A stretch of DNA of 64,000 nt from a virus (IMGVR_UViG_3300021255_002539:32001-96000), one strand, 5' to 3'; shown: positions 41,861-52,533, numbered from the stretch's first letter. Notes: a model not told the origin generated them from the sequence alone. Numbers and translations: made by a program.

Positions 41861-42700
41861 TCAGTTGAATATCTTGGCATTGAGGTCAAATGCACCAATC
41901 TTTGTGCAAATTGGGGTCTGCTTCACCTTCTTGAACGAAGAATCAACCCTGAACTTGTTCCACCACTCGCGGTATGTCAAGCACTTGTTGAACGCCCGCT
42001 TCATGGACGAACTCAACACACCACCGTTTTTCGAGTCGCCCCAGCTCACGGTCTCCTCACCGCAACCAGATATGACCAACATTCTCCGTGCCACATCACG
42101 CACATTCTCGAATTTGGCGAAGAATGGCTTTTCAAGTGGAAGTCTGTCCTCTTCCTCCACACCCTCCTCTTGTTCGGTTGGAAGACGGTAAATTGTTCCT
42201 GAGTGGCAGCAGTCCGCAATAAATAGAATCCTGCCCTTGCACCAGCCAAACATCTCCCAGAGGTCGTTGTCAATCAACGCGCCATCGTAGAGGCACAGGA
42301 ACTCGTCGCGACCATCTGTCTCGTCCTTCGCAGTTGAAGACTTGTTGTATTGCCCTCCATGACCACTGTATGTCAAGATGAGCAATCCATCCTCTGGAAC
42401 CTTCTCAATCTGCTCTGTCAAGGCCTTCTTGAATGCAGCCACTGTCGCCTGCTTGTTGTTGAGCCTCACGATGTTGTCAGTATATTGCGACACCATGCCA
42501 TACATCGTTCTGGAATCCAGATCTGCACCTGGACATACCCCCCACTTCGAGCTTTCCATTCCAACCACCAACGCGAACTTCTTGTTCTTGTCAGTCGTCT
42601 GGCAAATGTCCTTTACCTCGCATTCTGGGCAGTTCCCATTTGGGTCCGCCTTCTTGAACAGGCTCTTGATGAAGCCAAATATCTTTTCAAATAGTTTCAT
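41861..42700 (-). CDS. Metacaspase/orthocaspase (peptidase C14)
   Basis: FALVVG, TYSGHGGQ, DETDGRDEFLCLYD, IADCCHSGT His-Cys dyad; late motif at 42731. Confidence 0.9.
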   Translation of the reverse strand: MKLFEKIFGFIKSLFKKADPNGNCPECEVKDICQTTDKNKKFALVVGMESSKWGVCPGADLDSRTMYGMVSQYTDNIVRLNNKQATVAAFKKALTEQIEKVPEDGLLILTYSGHGGQYNKSSTAKDETDGRDEFLCLYDGALIDNDLWEMFGWCKGRILFIADCCHSGTIYRLPTEQEEGVEEEDRLPLEKPFFAKFENVRDVARRMLVISGCGEETVSWGDSKNGGVLSSSMKRAFNKCLTYREWWNKFRVDSSFKKVKQTPICTKIGAFDLNAKIFN

Positions 42701-42730
42701 TGTTCTGTTTCCTCCCATTTGTTGTGTAGA

Positions 42731-42762
42731 TATTTACCATTTCCTCTTGCAAATGTATAATT
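42731..42762. promoter_or_regulatory. Divergent late(-)/early(+) promoter pair sharing one element
   Basis: TATTTACC is the late motif on minus and TTTACC-17-TATAAT on plus. Confidence 0.7.
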
Positions 42763-42796
42763 GAATTAAAGACATTATACAAGGTTCTACAAACCC

Positions 42797-43726
42797 ATGA
42801 AGATGAAAAAAGTGCTTTTAATAGTGGATGGTTCATACATTGCGTTCGTCTGCAATTTCCGGGCGTTCAAGACCTGGCAGGAGCAATATGCTGGCATGGA
42901 CACCTGCATAATCCGCCCACCAGATGAGTCAGACCAAGACAACTTGCCCGACTTGGTGAACGAGAGCCAGTGGTTCAAGAAGTGCCTCCACAACGCTGCG
43001 GTTGACAAGCTCAACTCGATAGCGACAATCGTCGAAAACTCCACTGGCATGATGTACCCACAAAGCACATTCGTGGACACCATCATAGCGAAGGACAGCA
43101 AGTTGGTGAAGTCGTTCAGGTACTCGTTGTATCCAGAGTACAAGCTCACCAGAAAACTCAATCGGGCAAAGAGGGGGCAATACAAGATTGGACCAGTATT
43201 CGACGAACTCTACACAAATGTGTTCCCCTCAATCTTCGGCGACCATGCAGTTCAGTTGGTTGTTGATGGTGCAGAGGGAGACGATGTGATAGCGTCAATC
43301 GCCAGAAGCCAGCGTATAGCAGATGACTACGAGAAGATAATCTTGATATCGTCTGACAGGGACTTCGTTCAACTTCAGATAGACAGACCAGTATCCCAAT
43401 ACGACGCGAAGGGTGAATTGGTGCTTCCGAAGATGAAGCATGGGGCAGAAACCATCAACCTCACCCCTCAACAAGCCTTGATGATTAAGATAATATCAGG
43501 AGACAGTTCTGACAACATCAAGCCAATCAAGCCGAAGATCGGGGAAATCCGCGCATTCAGGTACATCACAGAGAAGACTGATGAGTTCAAGAAGATGCTG
43601 AGAGAGGAACCAGAGGTGGCGCAGCACCTGATACTCAACTCCAAGCTCATCGACTTCAAGAACATCCCAGAGGAACTGTCCAAAAAGATCGTCGACGAGT
43701 TCTACAGCATCAAGACCTGGAACTGA
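42797..43726 (+). CDS. rnh: RNase H / 5'-3' exonuclease (T4 rnh-like, FEN family)
   Basis: LIVDGS, FRYSLYPEYKLTR, GAEGDDVIA, ISSDRDFVQL, GDSSDNI, NSKLIDFKNIP. Confidence 0.88.
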   Translation: MKMKKVLLIVDGSYIAFVCNFRAFKTWQEQYAGMDTCIIRPPDESDQDNLPDLVNESQWFKKCLHNAAVDKLNSIATIVENSTGMMYPQSTFVDTIIAKDSKLVKSFRYSLYPEYKLTRKLNRAKRGQYKIGPVFDELYTNVFPSIFGDHAVQLVVDGAEGDDVIASIARSQRIADDYEKIILISSDRDFVQLQIDRPVSQYDAKGELVLPKMKHGAETINLTPQQALMIKIISGDSSDNIKPIKPKIGEIRAFRYITEKTDEFKKMLREEPEVAQHLILNSKLIDFKNIPEELSKKIVDEFYSIKTWN

Positions 43727-43728
43727 TG

Positions 43729-44481
43729 TTATTTCCTCTGCACGACGAATCCATAGAACGCGGTATATGGGGGTATGTTGTTGTGCGTCACTGTCTGTTC
43801 GCCGGTCTCCACAACTTCGAATTCGTCCACTGTTCCATCCAACTCGTTCTTGTCCAGTCCTGCGTCAAGCGAGTCTGAATGGAACATGTCATATGTGTAG
43901 TTCCCCTTCTTGGCGTAGGATTTCCCAGTACCATTGCCCAGGGAGAGGAAGTCAGAACCTGTCGTTATAGCACTGTGGTGCATGTGGGTTGGCATGTTAT
44001 CCTGTGTGAGATTCACTGTCGTGTTGTTGGGGGAAAGCACCGTCAACGGGTCTTCTTCCTATATAAGCAACACCCCCCGAAGCATGCAATTTGGAATTGG
44101 GGTCAATTGGAATTCAGACGAAACATCCCAATGTTCCAAGGCATAGTCCATTGGGGAGACACCCTTGGGGACGCCAGTTGCATTCAACAGTATCACCTGT
44201 CCCTCCACTGCCCTGAACTTGGGTTTTGCGCCAGATGTGCTGGGTATGTCCAAGTCCTCGTACATGTCACCCAATCGCATCTTGGTTGTATTGAACTCAG
44301 ATACAGTCAAGTACTGGTCCATGTCCAGATATCTACTGAACAATGCGTCCTGAGCCATTTCTGCCAATGTGGTGTATGGCAGTTGCTTGGAGTCCATCTG
44401 AGTCTGAATCTCGTCAGAATCGGAAACCAAGAGGCATCTGTTTTTCAAGTCAATTGTGTCGTTTGTCGTCGTCGTTGCCAT
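43729..44481 (-). CDS. Baseplate/short tail fibre-like protein, 250 aa; TAG=Gln
   Basis: ORFs join across TAG 44059; VNLTQDNMPTHMH and HNNIPPY fibre motifs; late motif at 44490. Confidence 0.7.
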
Positions 44482-44489
44482 TGTGAAGG

Positions 44490-44569
44490 TATTTACACTT
44501 TTTGTAGGAAATATTGTAAATAGACATGTTGAAACGCCCGAGTGGATTCGACGCGAAAAAGTGTAAATA
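44490..44569. promoter_or_regulatory. Divergent late promoters plus a second tandem late promoter for the tail tube gene
   Basis: TATTTACA (44490), TTGTAAATA (44514-44522), GTGTAAATA (44561-44569). Confidence 0.68.
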
Positions 44570-44613
44570 ATAGCAACCAAATGGGTTTCTCCATCAAATG
44601 AGGTAAAAGAGAT

Positions 44614-45303
44614 ATGGCAAACTACAATCTAGTTCAAGCAATTGACTTGTTCAACCAGGATCAGGTCCGTACACAGCATATGTACGAGATCGACTTCTTC
44701 TCCGGGTTTCCGAAGATTGACGCGACGTTGACGAGAATGCAGGTGTATGGTCAGAACTTCACGCTCCCCGAGAGGACAGTGAACTTCGACAATGTTCAAT
44801 ACAGGGCTTACAATGTCCCTGTCCCAACCACATTGGAAATGACTCAAGATCACAGCATCACCGTCTATGCCGATGTGCGTGGCGACTTGAGAAGGGCGAT
44901 GCTTGACTGGCAGGCAGCATGCATTGACCCAGACATCAGTGGTGGTTCATACTTCGAGTCCAACAGGCGTCCAACGAAGCTTGGTCCAGGGGAGGGCGCG
45001 ACGCCCCAAATCACCGTGAAGCTTCTGGCTCCTGACTTCCAGACATGCATCGAGAAGACTGTGATATATGGAACGAGGGTGACGAAGGTTGGTGGTCTTG
45101 AACTCTCCAATACTGCTGGAAGCATCTCGACCTTCACTGTTGACTTCAAGTCTGTGTATTGGGAGCAGTTGCCAGGCGAAGGCACCACGGTTGGCATATA
45201 CAACAGGGACAACGCAAGGCACACCATCATGGGTCAGACCTACGCAGATGGCGACTTCAACAGGGCAACCGAGGATCCAATGGCGTCCGAGAACCACGTG
45301 TGA
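44614..45303 (+). CDS. Tail tube protein, gp19-like
   Basis: RTQHMYEI, FTLPERTV, SITVYAD, LRRAMLDWQ, VGGLELS, STFTVDF pattern; SD GAGGT. Confidence 0.8.
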   Translation: MANYNLVQAIDLFNQDQVRTQHMYEIDFFSGFPKIDATLTRMQVYGQNFTLPERTVNFDNVQYRAYNVPVPTTLEMTQDHSITVYADVRGDLRRAMLDWQAACIDPDISGGSYFESNRRPTKLGPGEGATPQITVKLLAPDFQTCIEKTVIYGTRVTKVGGLELSNTAGSISTFTVDFKSVYWEQLPGEGTTVGIYNRDNARHTIMGQTYADGDFNRATEDPMASENHV

Positions 45304-45364
45304 TGATGGATGCCGCATGATTGGCGACGCCACCTTGATGGCTGCGGCGTAAAAACAACAACCG

Positions 45365-45397
45365 AGGGGTGGAGAAGTACAAGAATCTCCGCCCCTT
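45365..45397 (+). terminator. Stem-loop after tail tube gene (terminator or RNA-stability hairpin)
   Basis: AGGGGTGGAGA-N10-TCTCCGCCCCT, weak U-tract. Confidence 0.5.
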
Positions 45398-45424
45398 AAC
45401 ATTATGGGATGAAAGAGAAGTCAA

Positions 45425-47185
45425 ATGCGAGGAGACCCAACATATACGCAATACGACATGTCCGAGAGGGGGGAGGAGAAGAAGTACCCAAATTGGAAGG
45501 ATGCTGCCCCAAATCTGCAGACATTCCTCACTGCCCTCAACCAATCTCAACCAATAATCCAATGCCAATACGAATTGGTGTGGAGCAGATGGCCGAGGAC
45601 AATCTTCTTCGCAAAGAACATCACGATTCCTGGCGTATCTGTGAACACGCTTGACATCTCCCATGCTGGATTCACCATCAAGATACCAACTCACGTCACA
45701 TACGAAACCACAGAGGTCTCGATAAACATAATCGCTGACAAGGAGGGCTTCCACTACTACGACCTCAGGAACATGGTTCTGCAGACTGGACATCCATTGG
45801 TTGCTGGCGATCCAAGGGCCACAATTGGAAACCCATACGGACTGTCACCTGACGAGGACACATTGGAGGTCAGATTGCGCAACAGACCCGAGGACGAGAC
45901 CCACCACCACTGGATTCTGCACAACTTCCACCCAACTGGGATAGGAGACCTTGAACTGACCCAAGATGGTGGTGGATTCGTGGAGTTCGAGTTGAAGGGG
46001 ACGATAACCCATGTCACATACGATTGTGGAAACAGCAACGGAGAAATGCCACAACAAGAGCAGCAACAGCAAGAAAGCCAACAGGAAGGTTCGAGCAACA
46101 ACCCAATCGTGCAACTGGCGTAGTCCCCAACACTTGGCGTGTATGTATACAACACTGAAACCCACGAGGGCAAGTGGGAGCGAACAGGGCAGCCCGTTGA
46201 TGTGTCTAGCGTGGTTCTGCCACCTGGAACATCCCAATATGGCGACAATCCAGATCTGAACTACGACGGTTCATCCACGCAAAAGTGGAATCCACAGGAT
46301 TGGGATGGCGACCCAAACACCCAATACATCGTCAAAAGCGAAACCCTTACTGCTGCGAAGAAGGATGTTCAGGTTGATGGCAAGACGATGACAATGGTGA
46401 AGATTCAGGGGAACTTGACTCCAGAACAAACAGAAATACTGAAACAGGGTGGAACACAGGCATTGATCAACCAACTTGAGATGGAGAACAAGGAACAAGC
46501 AAACATCGACCAATATGCCGAGGATTTGCAGGAAATCAGCGACCAATCCAGAAACAGCAACTAGTCTGAGCAACAACCCCCAGAAGAAGACGACCAAAAC
46601 ACATCTGGATTTAAGATATAGGCGACGAAAAGCGCAGATGGCACATACACGATTGAAAAGGCAACCATGTTCAACTCGTCGAAGGTGTTGACGCAAGACG
46701 ACATGGTTGTGCAAACGCAGATACTCACATCACTGAGAAACGACTACGAAAAGTCCAAGGGAGGGAAGAACACTGTGATGCAGGCGCATCTAAAACGGCA
46801 AGTCGAACTGCAGGAGAAGAAGATGAAAGTGATGCAACAGTGGATTGACGAGCGAAATGCAGAACAACCCCAGACCAGAGGTGGTTCCCTTCCTGTTGGA
46901 TAGATGTCCCAAAGCCAATTGGAGCAGCTGAAGTACCTTTTCGAGGCGGTTCAATACAACTACGACCTGCCAGACAACTTCATAGTCGTAGTCAATCCAC
47001 TAGAGGAAATTGAAATATACAACCAGAGATTGACCAAGATGAGCCTCCCAGGGAGATTTGGAATGTACAAGTCCACAAAGAAGGATGCTGAGGAAAAACT
47101 GGACATAGACCCAGAAGACCCACCCTTCAACCCAAATCCAAGAAAAGTGGATCCCAACCACAAGGTCAGGGATATATTCGGGTGA
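45425..47185 (+). CDS. Second tail-tube-fold protein with long C-terminal extension, 586 aa; TAG=Gln
   Basis: Four ORFs join across TAGs at 46121, 46562, 46619 and 46901; FAKNITIPGV...LHNFHPTGIGDLEL...EFEL tube-like domain. Confidence 0.72.
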
Positions 47186-47304
47186 TTCAGATTCGGAATT
47201 TCGTATAATTGAGGCATAGGTAAGTGTAAAGGGTGGTATTTACCATAACTTCAAGTAAAAGGATACATGGTGATGCTCCCAACCAACAAAGGAAACAAAA
47301 CACC

Positions 47305-47961
47305 ATGCCAAGAAGAAAAACCGAATCACTGGAGGAATTCCAGAAGAAGAACCTAGAGAAGTCCAAGATAAGATAGAGGTAGAGGGCGGAGCAGGAGAAG
47401 ACCAACCCGAAGCCAAAGCGCAAGCCATTCGTCAACAACGCAGAACTTCTGGACGAATTGAAGAAGTGGCGGGACTCCAACGAGGACGAGACAAAGAGGG
47501 TTCCATCAGAAAGGTTGGGGAAGATGATGCAGGACATAGCCACGCACTACATGGGACACCCAGACTATGTTCGATACCCCAAGGAAATCAAGGAGGACAT
47601 CATTTCAATGTCCTACGAGAGGATATTCAAGACTGCGATATTCAAGTACAACTTCAACTTCACGAACCCATTCGCGTACTTCACTCAGGTTTGTTGGAGC
47701 TGTGCGATGACCTACCTCAAGAAGCACTACGACTTTTTGAACTTCAAGAGGAAGCTGGTGAAGGAGAATCTGGAGAAGGCGATGGACGAACTCCCATCCA
47801 TCAACATAGACAAGTCCTACATGACCTTCCTGAAGAACATGATTGGCGCAGATCAGATAACTGAGGCAGACGCCAAGTTCCTGAAACGGCAGAAGGACTC
47901 CATCATCCAGGAGATTCTGACAGAGAAAGCCAACAACGAAGACGACGACAACATCAACTGA
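47305..47961 (+). CDS. Late-transcription sigma factor, T4 gp55-like, 218 aa; TAG=Gln
   Basis: FVNNAELLDELKKW, LGKMMQDIA, PDYVRY, KEDIIS, NPFAYFTQVCW; SD AAAGGAAA; TAGs at codons 24 (47374) and 26 (47380). Confidence 0.88.
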
Positions 47962-47963
47962 CA

Positions 47964-48719
47964 ATGGCGGAGCAAATCAACAAGAGCAAACTGGACGAAC
48001 TGCTAGGAATCCACGAGGGACAAAGCTTCGACGACTACATGAACGAGTCCATTGGGGAGACCCCTCAGAAGGACGAAGCCCAACAGGTCATAGACCAGAC
48101 GACGAAGATGCTTGAGGAGGCGAAGAACAAGGTTGGTGAGCTGGATTGCCAGTTCCAACACAACTTGAAGGTGGCAGACGACAATACCAACCAACTGCAA
48201 CAATCCTTGATGGACAGCCAAGGGTCGGCCAGCGCCAGAATAGACAACATGGTGAATGTGGAGAGCGCGTTCAAGTCAATCGAGGATCTGGTCGACACCA
48301 CCAAGCAGATGATTGGAACAGTCTACTCCATCATATCGAGTTGCGATGTGTTGGACTCTGAGACTGTCTCTGCGGCAGCCTCCCTCATCACCTCCACCAA
48401 GCAACTCATAGCTGAGTACCTTGGGTTGTACAAGCAAAGGGTCAAGTTCTTCGACAATGTGAAGTTGGAGATGATGAAGCAGGAGCACCGTCTTGAACTA
48501 CTGCGCGAGAAGTACAGGTTGGACGAGGAAAAGCAGAACAGGTTGATGTCAAAGCCAGCCGAGGCGCAAGAGGTCACTGGTCCAGGTGGAAATGTCCCAC
48601 CAGGAATGGTTGAGGCAGGTTCAATAGACATGCTCAAGCTCCTAGAGGAAATTGACGACAAGGACGAAGAATCAGAAGAAGGAGAAGACACTTTACAATC
48701 TGACTCAGAGGGCGTATAA
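47964..48719 (+). CDS. Possible terminase small subunit (gp16-like)
   Basis: Helical core and C-terminal AGSIDMLKLL reminiscent of the VGST.EL..LL tail of T4-like small terminases. Confidence 0.4.
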   Translation: MAEQINKSKLDELLGIHEGQSFDDYMNESIGETPQKDEAQQVIDQTTKMLEEAKNKVGELDCQFQHNLKVADDNTNQLQQSLMDSQGSASARIDNMVNVESAFKSIEDLVDTTKQMIGTVYSIISSCDVLDSETVSAAASLITSTKQLIAEYLGLYKQRVKFFDNVKLEMMKQEHRLELLREKYRLDEEKQNRLMSKPAEAQEVTGPGGNVPPGMVEAGSIDMLKLLEEIDDKDEESEEGEDTLQSDSEGV

Positions 48720-48720
48720 T
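48692..48720 (+). promoter_or_regulatory. Early sigma70-type promoter
   Basis: TTTACA-17-TATAAT. Confidence 0.7.
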
Positions 48721-48758
48721 TCAACCAGAAGGCAACAAAAACCAAAAGGAAAACAAAC

Positions 48759-49274
48759 ATGAACTATAGAATCTACACAGGCACCGAACGTGATTTGCTT
48801 GACTTGCTGGACGAGTTCTTCACGGCAAAGTCCAACGATGAAAACCTCAATTGGTTCAACGGCAGACCATATGAGGTGCACTGTCAGGAATACCAGGCAC
48901 CAACAATCGAGTTCAAGGACATCCTGGACGATGTGAAGCAGGTCATCTACAACGAGCCAGCCACCATCGTGGTATTCTCGGATGGGTCGAAGGTCTGCGT
49001 CAAGTGCTGCGAGAAGGACAAGTTCTCCAAGGAGGCTGGTCTAATCTACGCCATCGTCAAGCGGCTCTACTCGAACGACATCGAGAAGAAGTCTGGCTAC
49101 ATGAAGTCCACTGGGCTGGGCGAGAAGCTGAACAAGCTAATCAATGGCGCACTTGACCAGAAGGAACAGGAGCGCGAGAGGCGCAGGAAGCAGAAGGAGA
49201 AGCAGGCCAAGAAGGAGAAGGAAAAGGCAGAACAGGCAAACGAGGAGTGCCCACCAAAACAGAGTGGTGATTGA
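48759..49274 (+). CDS. Conserved phage protein
   Basis: KQVIYNEPATIVVFSDGSKVCVKC...DKFSKEAGL..AIVKR motif. Confidence 0.7.
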   Translation: MNYRIYTGTERDLLDLLDEFFTAKSNDENLNWFNGRPYEVHCQEYQAPTIEFKDILDDVKQVIYNEPATIVVFSDGSKVCVKCCEKDKFSKEAGLIYAIVKRLYSNDIEKKSGYMKSTGLGEKLNKLINGALDQKEQERERRRKQKEKQAKKEKEKAEQANEECPPKQSGD

Positions 49275-49293
49275 ACTACTCAGATGTGAGGAC

Positions 49294-49326
49294 AAAAAGA
49301 AACCGAGGGAACAATCCCTCGGTTTT
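49294..49326. terminator. Bidirectional intrinsic terminator
   Basis: AAACCGAGGGA-ACAA-TCCCTCGGTTT between convergent genes. Confidence 0.8.
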
Positions 49327-49350
49327 GCATTGCCATTATTATTATTGTTG

Positions 49351-50850
49351 TTATTGCTATCCAACAAATGGCATTTCATATACCTGTATCTTGTACTCGG
49401 TTGGTGTGAACCCAGAGGTTTCTGGATACCACTCTATGATTTCGTGTGTTCCACTGCTGTCAAGTTCATGTGTTCTCTTCGCCAATGTACACACATAGTC
49501 CCATGTTCTATCCGTTACATAGGAATATCTTGTACTATCGACAATATCGTTTTCAATGGGTTTGTCCAAAGATGTTGGTGCATATTTCCATGCTGGTGGC
49601 GTGTCATCTGTCTTGCGGTCGCTTAAATCAATGTCACATGCCACGAAAGGCGAATCATAGGACCAGGTTTTTGGTGATTCCAATCTGCTTTGGAACTTCA
49701 CGAAGTGGAATGCGAATACTATCTTTGTTCCCTGTTTTACTGGTAAATTGAATGCAGACTCTGGTTCTGGTCCCTTGAACATCTCCAGATGACGGAACAA
49801 CCTGTATCCAAGGATATTTGTCCCATCATATGTGAATATGGAGAATCCATCGCCATAGTGGTCAGACAAATCTTGCCCCTTTACATATAGAAAGCAATTT
49901 GTTCGTGCTGTATATGTCAAAAACCCACTTTCCTTGGCAAAACCCCTTGAATCGCATATGGATTTACCCTCTGTGTCTGTGTGGTTTTCACCCAGTTCAT
50001 ATTCTGTGCTGGCTGTGTATATGTGCCCTATTCCTCCATTCCACACTGGCGTTGTCAAGTCTATTGTCTTGTCGGAATCCATCACTATCCCAGGAACACT
50101 GTCCACCTGAACGCCGTTTTGTCTGATGGTCAATTCGTGGGAGGGAAGATTGATTGTCTTGTCGCCACCCATCATCCCATTTGCACTGCCAATCGTCTGT
50201 GTGTTACCTTTTGTTATGGTCAAGGTTCCGGCTGGGAGTCTTAAAGTCTGATCATTGCTCATTACAATGCCGTTGGCAGTTACAGCAATCGTCGCCTCTG
50301 AATCGCCATATGATATCGTCAAGTTTTTCTTCGGTAGCGTGATGGATGTTGTTTCAGACGGGTATTGTCTCATTGTATTGAAACTCAAGGTCTGATTCTC
50401 GATTGCCAAGGTGATGTCCCGTCCAAAGCCACCAAATGTTGTTGGTCCACCGGGAGTCAAGTTTCCATTTGCTATCTAAGAACCATTGTTGTCCTTGAAC
50501 ACCAAGGTATATGTTGGGGATGTTGTATGCGAGGCAACCTTTTCAATCAACTCCAAGATGGCGCGCAGGTCATATGTTATGTTGTTGTGCTGGTTGTTGT
50601 TGAAGTAGCTTATTACGGTCTCGCTTCCAGACAATGCGTCTTGTATGTTTGGCAATCCCATGTTTGTGCTTGGATTGTCGCTTCCTGCCAGAATGTTCCA
50701 TGTAGCCCCAGAACCACTGTATCCATATGCCGAGCAAACTGTCTTTTGGCAATGTCTGTGGAACTTGACTGGATCTTCCCCCGCTCTGGTTGTTTGGTGG
50801 AATGTCGTTGGCATGTCGTCGCCACTTGAATTTGGTATTGTTGTGTTCAT
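49351..50850 (-). CDS. Tail fibre-like protein, 499 aa; TAG=Gln
   Basis: N-terminal region is paralogous to 50882-51871 and the alignment continues across TAG 50476; repeated LTI...GI.M..DKTI.LP units; ends TAG CAA TAA. Confidence 0.72.
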
Positions 50851-50881
50851 TGGCTGTTTACCTCTAATTATTCACAATTTG

Positions 50882-51871
50882 TCAGCGGGTTCTTTTCCAC
50901 ATGGTGACGCCAAAAGATGGTGGTCTCAATGTAGAACCGACAGTAACATTGGAAACAGAAGAATCCAGTATTGTCGTTCTGGTTGTTCCTGTTGTATATC
51001 TCCCAACATATACCCATCCCGTTTGTTTATCGGTCAAATCGTTTTCATGTCCATAATATTCTGGCGCTTTGTCGTGTTGGTGTGTGTGTTGTGGGAATAT
51101 GCCATCCAGATTCTTATTCAACTCACTGGCATCAGTGGTATTCCACAAAGTCCTGCCAGTTCCAATTTGGGTCCAAGTTGAAGACACCCCATCAATACCC
51201 TGGAATGGTATCCTGTTATCGACACTTATGTATATCGAACCAACTGGCCAGAGTTGGTTGAACATGTTTTGCGTCAATTTCACTTCTGGGGTTGGTGGTG
51301 TTGGAATGTTGAATTCAGTCAATTCCCTTCTCTCGTTGATTCCAATTGGTCCCTCGTAGCCTTGGCGGATTCCGTTCTTCACTTTGATCGTGTTGGTATT
51401 CCCAGACTTGTCGATCTGCACAATATCTCCAGCAGCCAAAGTGGGTACTGGAATGGTTATGCTCGTACTTTCAGATTGACCCTGAATCATGGTGTTGAAA
51501 CTGAGGTTCTGACCGTTCACTTTCAAGGTGATGTCCCTGCCAAAGCCGTCAAATGTTGCTGTTCCATTGGGGGACAAGCTTCCACTGGTTATGGTGGAAT
51601 TCCTGTTGTTCTTGAATTCCAAGGTATAGGTTGGAGTGGCTGTTTTACCTGCAACACTGTTAATCAACCTCAATATCGAAGCCAAGTCTTGCGTAATGTT
51701 TTTGGTATTGCTGGTGAAGTAGTTTTTCCAATTGCTGTCCAGGTTCGTCAAAGTCAGTTCGTCTATGACATTCCATGTGGCTCCATGACCAGTTGGGCCA
51801 TATGCAGACAATACTGTTGCTTGGCAATGCCTGTGGAAAAGCAAATCCTCGTTGTTGTTTTCGTCGCTCAT
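50882..51871 (-). CDS. Tail fibre/baseplate protein with gp10-C-like tip
   Basis: WPVGSIYIS...WTQIGTGRTLW...PQHTH...PPSFGVTMWKRT; late motif at 51904. Confidence 0.75.
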   Translation of the reverse strand: MSDENNNEDLLFHRHCQATVLSAYGPTGHGATWNVIDELTLTNLDSNWKNYFTSNTKNITQDLASILRLINSVAGKTATPTYTLEFKNNRNSTITSGSLSPNGTATFDGFGRDITLKVNGQNLSFNTMIQGQSESTSITIPVPTLAAGDIVQIDKSGNTNTIKVKNGIRQGYEGPIGINERRELTEFNIPTPPTPEVKLTQNMFNQLWPVGSIYISVDNRIPFQGIDGVSSTWTQIGTGRTLWNTTDASELNKNLDGIFPQHTHQHDKAPEYYGHENDLTDKQTGWVYVGRYTTGTTRTTILDSSVSNVTVGSTLRPPSFGVTMWKRTR

Positions 51872-51903
51872 TGTATTTCGCCTCTAAATTCCATTACATT
51901 CCC

Positions 51904-51935
51904 TATTTACCATTTCATCGTTTTGTTGTATAATA
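51904..51935. promoter_or_regulatory. Divergent late(-)/early(+) promoter pair sharing one element
   Basis: TATTTACC / TTTACC-17-TATAAT. Confidence 0.7.
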
Positions 51936-51975
51936 TATTGGACATCCACAAAGGAAGGAAGGAGAAAGAAACAAC

Positions 51976-52485
51976 ATGACTGACAAACTGGACAAATTGG
52001 AGGCGCAACTTGACGCCATTATGGGTACCCTTGAGGGATTCAAGGACGAAATCAAGGAACTTCGATCTGGTGGCAAGATCGAGACTGTAGAGGTCGATGG
52101 CGACCCCAAATTCGCGTCCCTGGAGCCAGTTGAGAGGTCCAAGATCAAGGACATCCTCAAGAACTTCGACTTCGAGAGGGTACATTCCATCATGAAGATG
52201 CTTGACTGGAAATGGGCCACTGTGAAGACCGACAATGGCATTCCAAGCGTTGACGAACTCAAGGCAGAGGCGAAAAGGCTTTTGATCGCGGCAGCGACCG
52301 AACAGACCCAGGTAGCAACAGGTGGGTTCAGGGCAGTGTACGAAGCTGATGGGGAATGCGACGGCGACCCCTACATTGGACTGGAGTTCATCGCGGTCGA
52401 GTGCGAGGGGTTCGTTGACGACGATGAAGATGAAGACGAAGACGAAGACCCAGCACCATGGACAAGTGGTGGAGCGGTAGAATAA
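51976..52485 (+). CDS. Conserved phage protein
   Basis: ILKNFDFERVHSIMKMLDWKW...PSVDELK...TGGF. Confidence 0.7.
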   Translation: MTDKLDKLEAQLDAIMGTLEGFKDEIKELRSGGKIETVEVDGDPKFASLEPVERSKIKDILKNFDFERVHSIMKMLDWKWATVKTDNGIPSVDELKAEAKRLLIAAATEQTQVATGGFRAVYEADGECDGDPYIGLEFIAVECEGFVDDDEDEDEDEDPAPWTSGGAVE

Positions 52486-52509
52486 CCTACCATGCATTTG
52501 GTTCAATTT

Positions 52510-52533
52510 GGACACCCCTTTTGGTGTCCTTTT
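52510..52533 (+). terminator. Intrinsic terminator
   Basis: GGACACC-N6-GGTGTCC-TTTT. Confidence 0.7.

Noticed and set aside
49351-51871. Diversity-generating retroelement or invertible fibre switch
   Set aside because: No reverse transcriptase, recombinase or near-identical template/variable repeat was seen; the paralogs are diverged and co-oriented.
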